From NCBI GenBank assembly GCA_016866675.1, contig VGLO01000002.1, forward strand, positions 1-46,776: a stretch of 46,776 nt of DNA, written 5' to 3'. Shown one piece after another: positions 33,839 to 42,257 of the stretch. Every line of letters starts with the position of its first letter. Position 1 is the stretch's first letter. The DNA is from Candidatus Staskawiczbacteria bacterium. Its GTDB lineage: Bacteria > Patescibacteriota > Minisyncoccia > Minisyncoccales > Staskawiczbacteraceae. Below the pieces are notes generated by a model. That model saw only the letters and a list, made by a program, of their open reading frames with translations. It did not search any database and was not told the origin of the DNA. The position numbers and the translations under genes are program-made.

Positions 33839-34246
33839 ATGTCTCCCATAATAACAAAATTTAAGAAAAATAAAAGTAAAAAAAACCTCTCTTATTTTTT
33901 ATTTAAAATGGGAGGTGTTTTCATAGTTTTAATTTTCTTGGCATTAGTTTTTGTTGACATTAATGTTTATTATAAAAAAAACCAATTTAACAGACAAGTT
34001 AATTCATTGGAAAAAAAAATGAAAGATTTGGAAGAAAAGAATGAAAAACTAAGAGAAGGAATATCTAATGAGGATAATGAGCATTATATAGAAAGGGTTG
34101 CAAGAGAGGAGATGGATTTGCAGTTGCCGGGTGAAAAAGTAGTGTCTTTTATTGATGTTAAAGAAGACCCAAAAGAAGAATTGCCAGATGACGATTACTT
34201 AATTAGCTTTTGGCTTTCGTGGATAGGAGGGTTTTTCAAAAAATAA
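33839..34246 (+). CDS. FtsB/DivIC-like septum formation initiator
   Basis: N-terminal TM helix, a coiled coil (LEKKMKDLEEKNEKLREGI), then YIERVAREEMDLQLPGEKVV, typical of the FtsB/DivIC family. Confidence 0.75.
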   Translation: MSPIITKFKKNKSKKNLSYFLFKMGGVFIVLIFLALVFVDINVYYKKNQFNRQVNSLEKKMKDLEEKNEKLREGISNEDNEHYIERVAREEMDLQLPGEKVVSFIDVKEDPKEELPDDDYLISFWLSWIGGFFKK

Positions 34247-34251
34247 ATTAT

Positions 34252-34279
34252 TTGATTTTTTAGTTTTTTGTGGTATTAT
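34252..34279 (+). promoter_or_regulatory. Extended -10 promoter driving the noncoding locus
   Basis: TTGATT (34252-34257), 16 nt, TGgTATTAT (34271-34279). Confidence 0.55.
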
Positions 34280-34285
34280 TTGAAC

Positions 34286-34479
34286 AGAACATTAAGTAAG
34301 GCTCCAGCTGGACAGTTGAGTTTGTTGCGATAACAGGCCGCGACAATAATCCCTTAGCATAGGTTTTGCCTCGATAAGCTTTGAGGTACCCGTCTTTTTG
34401 ACCTCAAGCTATAAGGCAAAGACTGTTCACTGGTTCCGGACCGCGCGATCCTGGGGCACATCAGGACGCGCGGTCTTTT
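34286..34479 (+). ncRNA. Unclassified GC-rich structured RNA 1 (ends at terminator 34439-34479)
   Basis: No credible ORF. Closing helix 34304-34316 with 34422-34433. Hairpins at 34324-34344 and 34366-34419. Terminator GACCGCGCG..CGCGCGGTC followed by TTTT. Confidence 0.5.
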
Positions 34480-34653
34480 CAAAACAACTGATCGAGAAGA
34501 TGAGCAGAGTATGGTGCTTCTCATGGATGTGGTACTGTTGCTATCATGGGTTCTCCTAATGAGGTAGGACTTCTGGATTTACCAGTCAGCAGTACTAGCT
34601 TATTTTCTTTCGGTTGTCAGGGGCCGCGCGAGTTCGGACGCGCGGCCTTTTTT
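34480..34653 (+). ncRNA. Unclassified GC-rich structured RNA 2, or second attenuator (ends at terminator 34622-34653)
   Basis: GTACTGTTG (34532-34540) pairs with CAGCAGTAC (34587-34595). Terminator GGCCGCGCG-agttcgga-CGCGCGGCC followed by TTTTTT. Confidence 0.45.
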
Positions 34654-34705
34654 CTTTGCATAAAATATGATAAAATTTTCTTAGAGATAATTAAAACCAT
34701 CAACT

Positions 34706-35792
34706 TTGGCAGAAATAAAAGAAAACATTGATAAGATTAGCAAAAGAGTCCATTACTTGATGGACCGTCTTTGATGTTGAGGAGAAAGAGAAGGAAATTA
34801 AAGAATTAGAAAAAAGGACCCAAGAAAAAGATTTTTGGGAAAACCATCAGGAAGCAGGAAAAATCAGTCAAAGAATTTCAGATTTAAAAGAAGAGATTCA
34901 GTCTCTAGAATTGCTTACAAAAGAAGTCAAAGATTTAACAGATTTATTTGAGTTAGGACAAGATGTTAATCAGATCTATAATGAATTACAAGAGAAAGTA
35001 AATAAGGAAGAATTCAAGTTTTTTTTGTCTGAAAAGTATGATAAAAATAATGCTATATTAGAAATATTTGCTGGAGCAGGCGGAGTTGATTCTCAAGATT
35101 GGACTACAATGCTAAAGAGAATGTACGAAAGATACTGTGATAAAAAAGGTTTTAAGGTAAAAGTTTTAAGTCAATCTTTTGGAGAGGCCGGTGGACCAGA
35201 TGGAAGAATTGGTACAAAGTCTGCAACTATTGAAATTAAGGGCAAATATGCTTTCGGGTTTCTAAAAAAAGAGTCTGGGGTTCACAGACTCGTGAGAATT
35301 TCACCGTTTTCAGCGCAAAAATTAAGACATACATCATTTGCTTTGGTTGAGGTTTTGCCAGAAATTGAGGATTCAGTTGAAATAGAAATAAAACCAGAGG
35401 ACTTAAAAATTGATACATTTCGTTCATCCGGCCCAGGAGGGCAATATGTTAATAAAACAGAGTCAGCAATAAGAATCACTCATTTGCCAACTGGATTAGT
35501 GGTTGCTTGTCAGACAGAAAGGCTTCAAGGTAAAAACAAAGAAAAGGCGCTGAAAGTTCTTCATTCAAAGCTGTATAAATTAAAGGAAGAAAAGCATAAA
35601 AAAGAAATTAAGGAAATTAAAGGAGACTCGGTTTCAGCTTCATGGGGGAATCAAATAAGGTCATATGTGTTGCATCCATATCAAATGGTTAAAGATTTGA
35701 GGACACAATGCCAAACTAGTGATACAGAAGGAGTTCTAGATGGCCAGATTGATGACTTTATTAATGAAGAATTAAAAATGGTTAATAATTAA
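34706..35792 (+). CDS. prfB: Peptide chain release factor 2, with programmed +1 frameshift at CTT TGA (34769-34774)
   Basis: Frame 0 reads (TTG)AEIKENIDKISKRVHYLMDRL then TGA. The +1 frame continues DVEEKEKEIKELEKRTQEKDFWENHQ... into the track ORF, which carries SPF (RISPFSAQ) and GGQ (SGPGGQ). The start codon is uncertain. Confidence 0.88.
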
Positions 35793-35802
35793 AAAAAATA
35801 TT

Positions 35803-36483
35803 TTGATTAAGTTTCAAAACGTCACAAAAATATATCCGCCAAGCACAACTGTTTTACAGGAGATTTCTTTTGAAGTAAAAGATGGAGAATTTATTTCAAT
35901 TGTGGGAAAGTCGGGAGCCGGCAAAACAACTTTAATTAGAATGATTTTAGGACTTGAAACTCCTACTTCAGGTGAGGTATTTTTTAGAGGTCAAAACATA
36001 AGTTCGTTAGAGGGGGATTATTTGCAGGATGTGAGAAAAAAAATTGGTGGTATTCATCAAGACTACAGACTTTTACTAAATAAAACCGTTTTTGAAAATG
36101 TAGCTTATATCTTGGAAGTTGAGGGGCTAGATGATATTGAAATTAATTCTCAGGTACCTAAGGTTTTGGAGGCAGTTGGTTTGTCAGACAAGTTAAACAA
36201 TTTTCCTGAACAATTATCCGGTGGAGAGCAACAGCGATTGGCGGTGGCTCGTGCTATAATAAATCATCCAGATGTGATAATTGCCGATGAGCCAACCGGA
36301 AATTTAGACCCATATAATTCTTATGAGGTCATATCTCTTTTGGAAAAAATTAACAAAGTTGGAAAAACAGTTATTTTAGCTACTCACGATAAAGAAATTG
36401 TAAACAAGTTAGGTAAACGTGTAATAACACTTGAAGAAGGAAGAATTATAAGAGATGAGTCAAAAGGAAGATTTTTAATATGA
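35803..36483 (+). CDS. ftsE: Cell-division ABC ATPase FtsE
   Basis: Walker A GKSGAGKTT, signature LSGGEQQR, Walker B VIIADEP. TTG start. Paired with ftsX. Confidence 0.92.
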   Translation: MIKFQNVTKIYPPSTTVLQEISFEVKDGEFISIVGKSGAGKTTLIRMILGLETPTSGEVFFRGQNISSLEGDYLQDVRKKIGGIHQDYRLLLNKTVFENVAYILEVEGLDDIEINSQVPKVLEAVGLSDKLNNFPEQLSGGEQQRLAVARAIINHPDVIIADEPTGNLDPYNSYEVISLLEKINKVGKTVILATHDKEIVNKLGKRVITLEEGRIIRDESKGRFLI

Positions 36484-37391
36484 TTAACCTAAAAAGAGCA
36501 TTTTCTTTTGCATTAACTGATTTTTATCGAAACAAGGGAATTTCCGTTTCTGCAATTTTTGTTTTAACTCTAACAAGTCTGCTTGTGACAGGGCTTTTTT
36601 TAACACATGGAGTTAGTAGTTATTTAATTGACACTATTCAAAACAAGATTGATATTACTGCCTATTTTAAAGAAAGTACTAGCGAGCAAGATATTTTAAG
36701 TGTTAAAGATGAAATTTTAGCCAATGCGCCAAATACAAAAAGTATTGATTATGTTTCAAAAGAAGATGCTTTAAGCGATTTTTTACAAAGACACAAAGAA
36801 AGTGAAGTTTTTTCAAAAGCTTTAATTGAGGTGGGTGGAAATCCATTTTTACCTTCATTAAATATAGTGACAGGGGGAAACACAACTCAATACGAAAAAA
36901 TCGCCGAGATACTTGAAGGACAGCAGTTTGAAGATATTATTGAGAAAGTTGATTTTTCTGAGAAAAAGGCTACAATTGACACAATTTTCTCTATTACAAG
37001 AAGTGTTAATATTGTAGGATTATTGCTTGGTTTGGTTTTTGTTTTTATTGCAATATCAATAGTTTTTAACACAATCAAGCTTATTATTAATACTGCAAAA
37101 GAAGAGATTAATACTATGAAAATAGTTGGGGCTTCAAACTGGTTTATTAAGGCACCATTTGTTATTGAGGGTGGTATTTTTGGTTTAATTGCTTCTTTAG
37201 TTTGTCTTTTGTTAACAGTTATTGCGGTTTTGGCACTTACTAGATTTATTTCTGTGATTTTGCCTGGGTTTAGTTTGGTTAGTTATTTCTTCTCAAACTT
37301 ATTTTTAATTCTACTAATTCAAATTGCCGTAGGTGTTGGAGTCGGAGTAGTTTCAAGTATTATAGTTGTAAACAGGCATTTGAAAGTTTAG
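36480..37391 (+). CDS. ftsX: Cell-division permease-like protein FtsX
   Basis: 4-TM FtsX architecture with a large first periplasmic loop. ATGA overlap with ftsE. Confidence 0.88.
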   Translation: MINLKRAFSFALTDFYRNKGISVSAIFVLTLTSLLVTGLFLTHGVSSYLIDTIQNKIDITAYFKESTSEQDILSVKDEILANAPNTKSIDYVSKEDALSDFLQRHKESEVFSKALIEVGGNPFLPSLNIVTGGNTTQYEKIAEILEGQQFEDIIEKVDFSEKKATIDTIFSITRSVNIVGLLLGLVFVFIAISIVFNTIKLIINTAKEEINTMKIVGASNWFIKAPFVIEGGIFGLIASLVCLLLTVIAVLALTRFISVILPGFSLVSYFFSNLFLILLIQIAVGVGVGVVSSIIVVNRHLKV

Positions 37392-37406
37392 ATAAAATTT
37401 AATAAT

Positions 37407-37480
37407 TGCGGGATCGTCTAATGGTAGGACACATCCCTCTGGAGGATGGTATCTTGGTTCGAGTCCAAGTCCCGCAGCCA
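37407..37480 (+). tRNA. tRNA-Gln (anticodon CUG)
   Basis: Hand-folded cloverleaf. Acceptor TGCGGGA/TCCCGCA with U1-A72, G73 and encoded CCA. Anticodon arm CATCC-ctCTGga-GGATG. T arm CTTGG-ttcgagt-CCAAG. Confidence 0.9.
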
Positions 37481-37561
37481 ACACATGCTAAGCCGAGTGT
37501 CAAGGGCCCCTGAGGCAATTGTGCGACTAAAATCCCTACCGCACTAGGGTGGCTGAGTCCC

Positions 37562-37604
37562 GTTCGAATCCTAGTCCCGCAGCAGCCATATGCTAAGTCA
37601 GGTG
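37562..37604 (+). repeat. Diverged direct repeat of the tRNA-Gln 3-prime half plus trailer (copy 1 at 37457-37499)
   Basis: GTTCGAATCCTAGTCCCGCAGCAGCCATATGCTAAGTCAGGTG versus GTTCGAGTCCAAGTCCCGCAGCCAACACATGCTAAGCCGAGTG. Ungapped hand alignment gives 34/43 identical. Confidence 0.7.
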
Positions 37605-37672
37605 ACTGAGACGCATAAGGAACTTTTCCTTCGATTGCAAACCGGCTGAGCGCCGCATTCAGAACAAAAAAT

Positions 37673-37693
37673 TCGCCCGAAAGGCGATTTTTT
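37673..37693 (+). terminator. Intrinsic terminator ending the ftsEX-tRNA transcription unit
   Basis: TCGCC-cgaaa-GGCGA followed by TTTTTT, preceded by an A-run. Confidence 0.7.
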
Positions 37694-37707
37694 GTTAGAA
37701 TGAGTTC

Positions 37708-38181
37708 ATGAAGATTAATAGCTTTTTAAAATTAATTATCTGTATTACCATTTCAGAATCAGCAGGAATTCTAGGATCTTTTTTCACAATTTCTGCAATT
37801 CCGACTTGGTATGCTTCATTGCAAAAACCATTCCTTAATCCTCCAGCTTGGATTTTTGGGCCAGTTTGGGTAACACTTTACTTATTGATGGGTATTTCGT
37901 TATGGCTGATTTGGAAAAGTGATTCAAAAGAAAAAAAGAAGGCAATACGGTTATTTCTTATACAATTAGTTTTAAATGCTATTTGGTCACCCATCTTTTT
38001 TGGAGGACAATCCATCGGAGGAGCATTAGCGGTTATTGTTCTTTTGTGGGCGGTTATTGTGTTAGCTATCTTAGTGTTTACTAGAATTTCTAAAGTGGCT
38101 GCTTGGCTTCTTATTCCATATATTCTTTGGGTTAGCTTTGCCGGATACTTAAACTTCATGCTATTTATTCTTAATCATTAA
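37708..38181 (+). CDS. tspO: TspO/MBR family tryptophan-rich sensory protein
   Basis: WYASLQKPFLNPPAWIFGPVWVTLYLLMG, LVLNAIWSPIFFG and LIPYILWVSFAGYLNF match TspO hallmarks. Confidence 0.9.
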   Translation: MKINSFLKLIICITISESAGILGSFFTISAIPTWYASLQKPFLNPPAWIFGPVWVTLYLLMGISLWLIWKSDSKEKKKAIRLFLIQLVLNAIWSPIFFGGQSIGGALAVIVLLWAVIVLAILVFTRISKVAAWLLIPYILWVSFAGYLNFMLFILNH

Positions 38182-38186
38182 AACTT

Positions 38187-38579
38187 ATGAAAGGATATAT
38201 TCAAAATATTGAAAAGTTATCACTAGAAAACAATAACTTCCGCCAAGTACTATACACTGATAAGAATAGTCAGTTAGTGCTTATGTCATTATTAGCAGGG
38301 GAGGAGATTGGGGAGGAAGTGCATGACGTCGATCAATTTCTAAGAGTAGAAAAAGGTACCGGCAAGGCAGTGCTTGAAGGCACTTCCCATGACATTACCG
38401 ACGGCAGCGTTATTGTAGTCCCGGCTGGCACTAAGCATAACATTATGAATACTAGTTCTGAATCAATGAAGTTGTATACTCTCTACATGCCTCCGCATCA
38501 CCGTGATGGAGTGATCCATAAAACTAAGGCTGAAGCGGAAGCCGACACTGAACATTTTGACGGGAAGATAACTGAGTAG
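38187..38579 (+). CDS. Cupin-domain protein
   Basis: Cupin_2-like GEEIGEEVHDVDQFLRVEKGTG....VVPAGTKHNIMN. Confidence 0.8.
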   Translation: MKGYIQNIEKLSLENNNFRQVLYTDKNSQLVLMSLLAGEEIGEEVHDVDQFLRVEKGTGKAVLEGTSHDITDGSVIVVPAGTKHNIMNTSSESMKLYTLYMPPHHRDGVIHKTKAEAEADTEHFDGKITE

Positions 38580-38586
38580 TAAATGT

Positions 38587-38859
38587 ATGAAATATTTTGA
38601 ATACGGGGTTCGTACTCATGAATCAAAAGGATTTATTGGGCAATTCGGCGAGAAACCAAACAAGCAATGGGAGATGGTGATGGATGCACTTACACGACTT
38701 GGAATCCAAGGCTGGGAAGTTTACCAAGTTGTTAATAAAAATGATGTAGTGCATTTTTTCCTCAAAAGAGAAATTTCTCAAACGGATGCCGAAAGGATAT
38801 ATGGCACTAAGGATGAAGAGACTTACCCGTTAGGATTTGTTGACCATATCAAAAAATAA
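38587..38859 (+). CDS. DUF4177-like small protein, tentative
   Basis: MKYFEY...LGIQGWEVYQVV pattern resembles DUF4177, from memory. Confidence 0.5.
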   Translation: MKYFEYGVRTHESKGFIGQFGEKPNKQWEMVMDALTRLGIQGWEVYQVVNKNDVVHFFLKREISQTDAERIYGTKDEETYPLGFVDHIKK

Positions 38860-38865
38860 GTAGTT

Positions 38866-40182
38866 TCAGAAAATCGCTATTTTTCTATCCTTGAGCACTA
38901 GCTTACTTTTCAGGAAAAATAGCAGCTCTCTTTTTTCAACCAATGTGCCTTCCTTGAGTAAATACTTAGCGTAGTTCCGTATATCAACTTCGCTATTGCT
39001 ATTTCCTTTTTTGTGTCCAAGTACTCCAATCCTGAATTTATTGAATCTAGCTATTTCTTGCTCAATTCTCGATTTTACACCAAGTTCGTCTAGATTAATT
39101 TTATCCATTAAATTTGTTAGCTCCTCAATTAAACTTGGTTCATTTATGGCCGGATTGCTGCAGTCTATATTTCTCGCTTTGGTGCAGAAGTAATAGACGT
39201 GTCTGTTTGTGCCACCATCTTTTAATTTCTTGAATTTCTCATCGGCGGATATTCCTGATCCGCAGTATCCGCATTTGATAAGTTTAGTGAAGGCGAATTC
39301 TTTTGATTCTGTTTTTGGTACAAAGTTTTCACTTAATGCAGTTTGAACTTTATCAAAGAGAGGTTTGTCTATAATTGGTGTATGTTTTCCGTTGTACCAA
39401 TTTCCGCTACCAACAGGGAATTCAAACTCTCCATAGTAGAAAGGGTTTCTTAATATCAGGTAAATATTGCCAAGCACTAGGGGTTTGCCAGTTTTACTTT
39501 TAAATTCTATTTCATTAAGCCATCTGAATAATTTTCTACCACTCCATTGTTCATTGGCTACTTTCTCAAACATTTGTTTGATAACAGGTGCTCTCTTAGG
39601 ATCTATTCTGCATTGGCATTTTTTATCGACATGTTTTTCATTGAGATAGCCAGTCGGAGCTACTCCGGGTCGATATCCCATTTCACACCGTGTCTTCAGT
39701 CCACGTTTTACGTTTACCGCTTTATTATCATTCTCTAGTTTAGCTTGGCTCCCAAGTATCATAAGTAGGAATTTCTCATTTGGGTTATTGGTAAATCGTT
39801 GCCCATGAGTTCTTATCTCAATCAGTAATTTTTGATCTATCAAATCTACTATTGACCCAAGGTCACCTGCGTTTCGGCTTAGTCTATCTGGTGCCCAAGT
39901 GAGAATCGCATTGTATTTTCCAATCCTAATTTCATCAATCATCTCATTAAAGATTTTTCTTTGGCCAACTTCCTTAGAAGAATGCGATTCTCGTTTGATA
40001 TCAATAATTTTCAGATTCTCTTTTTCCGCCAGTGCCAACATCTCTTTAATCTGAGAATCTATGGAGAGCACCTGCTTATCCTCGGCCTCCGTTGATTTGC
40101 GTGCGTAGAGGCAGTATTTAAGCTTAGGAGCCACAATAGGAGGGGATTGGCCATTCCTTTGCGTCGTTATTGTTTGTGTCAT
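38866..40182 (-). mobile_element. Large serine recombinase (resolvase catalytic domain + recombinase domain + zinc ribbon)
   Basis: YCLYARKSTEAEDKQVLSIDSQ (catalytic Ser context), WAPDRLSRN, and a C-terminal CGYCGSG...YYFC zinc ribbon. The ATG at 40182 is preferred over the upstream TTG at 40242. Confidence 0.88.
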
Positions 40183-40326
40183 GTTGATACAGTTTAGTTG
40201 AATACATCTATTCGACCTTTTCTGTATCAAGGAATGACGCAATAGCGCTAAGGAGTCCAGGCCCCATCAGTTGGTAACTTCTACCCTACAGTCGCGTAAC
40301 GGGTGATTTTTTGATAGGATTGAATT

Positions 40327-41484
40327 ATGAGAAAAGTCCTATTACTAACTCTCTTTTTTATTGGCATATCTGTTTTGCCTTTTAATGCCTTTGCTCAAAA
40401 TTCATTCGAGCAGAAGATTTCAGTTGTAAAAGCAAGAGTGGTTGAGATTATTAGTGAGAGAACAGAAGATTATGAAGATATAGATGGCTTTGCCGAAACG
40501 ACAACAATACAGGAAATTAGAGTAAGAATTTTAGAAGGAGAAAAAGAGGGGAATATTGTAGAATTTTCAAATGATTATTTAGCACTCAAATCTGGCGAAA
40601 CTTTTTATTTGAATATTATAGAACAGCCAGATGGAACCATATCCTATAACCTTAATTCGCCATATAGGCTTAATACTCTTTTTATCTTTTTAATACTGTT
40701 CCTAATTGTCGTATGTTGGCTGGGAGGAAGGCAGGGCATTAGAGGATTGATTAGTTTGGCTGGAAGCTTAATTTTGATTGTATTTGTGCTCATCCCAAGT
40801 ATTCTTAGTGGATTCTCTCCGATTGTTGCCAGTTTAGGCATTGCCTCGGTAATCATCATTGCCGGTTCTTACATTACTCACGGATTCAATAAAACTACTA
40901 CCGCCGCAGTTGCGGGCATGATGGTTACCATTCTAATAACAGGAGTAATGGCATACTATGCGATGAACGTAGGCCGCCTCGAAGGATTAGATGAACACGC
41001 TATTTATCTTAACATCGGCAGTCAGATTAATATTGATTTAACGGGGCTTTTATTTGGAGCCATTTTGATTGGGCTTTTGGGAGTGCTATATGATGCAGCT
41101 ATAAGTCAGGCCATAGCTATTGAGGAGTTACACAGAGTAGCTCCACATCTTAACCGATGGGTAATTTACAAAAGAGGCATTAGAATTGGAAGAGAGCATA
41201 TTGGAGCTTTGGTTGATACACTTGCCATTGCCTATGTGGGAGCATCCCTGCCACTCCTTCTTCTTTACGCTAAGAGCAATGAGCCATTTTTATTAACTAT
41301 AAATCAGGAAATTTTCGCTACGGAAATCATTCGTATTCTTGTTAGTAGTATTGGCTTGATTTTGGCAGTTCCTCTAACCACGCTTCTTGCAGCTTATATT
41401 ATCATTAAAGATAATAGCGGAAGTTCTGATGAAGCAACTATTAAGAAAGAGGAAAAAGATCTTGATCACGTAGGGCATATTTAG
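40327..41484 (+). CDS. YibE/F-like integral membrane protein
   Basis: Signal peptide plus an extracytoplasmic N-domain, then about 6 TM helices. Resembles YibE/F (PF07907), from memory. Confidence 0.6.
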   Translation: MRKVLLLTLFFIGISVLPFNAFAQNSFEQKISVVKARVVEIISERTEDYEDIDGFAETTTIQEIRVRILEGEKEGNIVEFSNDYLALKSGETFYLNIIEQPDGTISYNLNSPYRLNTLFIFLILFLIVVCWLGGRQGIRGLISLAGSLILIVFVLIPSILSGFSPIVASLGIASVIIIAGSYITHGFNKTTTAAVAGMMVTILITGVMAYYAMNVGRLEGLDEHAIYLNIGSQINIDLTGLLFGAILIGLLGVLYDAAISQAIAIEELHRVAPHLNRWVIYKRGIRIGREHIGALVDTLAIAYVGASLPLLLLYAKSNEPFLLTINQEIFATEIIRILVSSIGLILAVPLTTLLAAYIIIKDNSGSSDEATIKKEEKDLDHVGHI

Positions 41485-41531
41485 CAAAAAGGGTGCTATA
41501 ATAAATAAAAAGATTAGAAATAAAAACTATT

Positions 41532-42212
41532 ATGGATAAAAAATATATCATGCTGGGAGTGGGAATTGCGGGCACTGCTATTTTGGGAGTTGTTGGATTT
41601 TACTTTCTAACACCTGCCGTTGCGCCGACGCAAACAGCACAAGAGTCAGTTGAAATGCTGCCGGAAATGCAAAGCCCGGGAGAAAAAACATTTGCTGTTA
41701 TTGGGGCAGAATCAAGCGCCACCTATCAACTTGGAGAAGTGCTGAATGGCAAGCCAACGCAGGTTATTGGCACTACCAGCGATATTGCCGGCAGTGTAGT
41801 AATAAGTATGAATAATCCTTCCGCAGTTACATTTGGGGAAATCAAAATAAATGCCAGAACATTTAAAACAGACATTGCTAATCGTGATAATAACGTAAGG
41901 AAGTTGGTGCTAAAAGCTGATGAACCAGCTAATGAATTTATCGTATTCAAACCAACATCGGTAACAGGTGTGCCCGCTACTCTAGAGGTGGACAAAGAAT
42001 TTCCAGTAACTATTATTGGCGATATTACCATTGCTGGTGTAACTAAATCGGTAACTTTTACCGGAAACATGATTTTTGGTACAAATAATGCGAAAGTGAT
42101 GGCAAATACTATGTTGGCCTACGAAGAATTTGGCGTATTTGTGCCGAATTTCCCATTCTTGGCCAACGTAGATAAAATGGTAAAGCTAAGTGTTTCCTTG
42201 GTGGCAAAATAA
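41532..42212 (+). CDS. YceI-like (polyisoprenoid-binding) domain protein, membrane-anchored
   Basis: N-terminal TM helix. YceI-like pattern: ..ATYQLGEV..GTTSDIAGSV.., NARTFKTDIANRDNNV, ITIAGVTKSVTF. Confidence 0.7.
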   Translation: MDKKYIMLGVGIAGTAILGVVGFYFLTPAVAPTQTAQESVEMLPEMQSPGEKTFAVIGAESSATYQLGEVLNGKPTQVIGTTSDIAGSVVISMNNPSAVTFGEIKINARTFKTDIANRDNNVRKLVLKADEPANEFIVFKPTSVTGVPATLEVDKEFPVTIIGDITIAGVTKSVTFTGNMIFGTNNAKVMANTMLAYEEFGVFVPNFPFLANVDKMVKLSVSLVAK

Positions 42213-42213
42213 T

Positions 42214-42251
42214 AAAAAAGCCGCCAAGGTTTTTACCGAGGCGGTTTTTTT
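42214..42251. terminator. Bidirectional terminator between convergent genes
   Basis: AAAAAAGCCGCC-aaGGTttttACCga-GGCGGTTTTTTT. Confidence 0.7.
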
Positions 42252-42257
42252 ATTGCA

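Noticed and set aside
34286-34655. Tried to identify the noncoding locus as RNase P RNA, SRP (4.5S) RNA, tmRNA or a T-box
   Set aside because: The length (~370 nt) would suit RNase P, and strings ACAGAAC and AAGTAAGGCTCCA faintly echo CR-V and CR-I. However, they are adjacent at the 5-prime end, in the wrong order and spacing, and GAGGAAAGUCC is absent. There is no SRP GGAA tetraloop with AGCAGC symmetric-loop context and no tmRNA tRNA-like ends or tag ORF. prfB is not a T-box-regulated class.
34546-34731. 61-aa ORF in the ftsB-prfB spacer
   Set aside because: It runs through the GC-rich terminator stem (34622-34653) and into the prfB frame-0 start. It has no RBS and an odd composition. The region is better explained as structured RNA.
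37507-37585. A possible second tRNA or tRNA-like gene after tRNA-Gln
   Set aside because: It has a T-loop-like GTTCGAATCC and an acceptor 3-prime strand. There is no complementary 5-prime acceptor strand, no D arm and no anticodon arm, and the would-be T stem is interrupted by 13 nt. It is treated as a displaced or duplicated 3-prime fragment.
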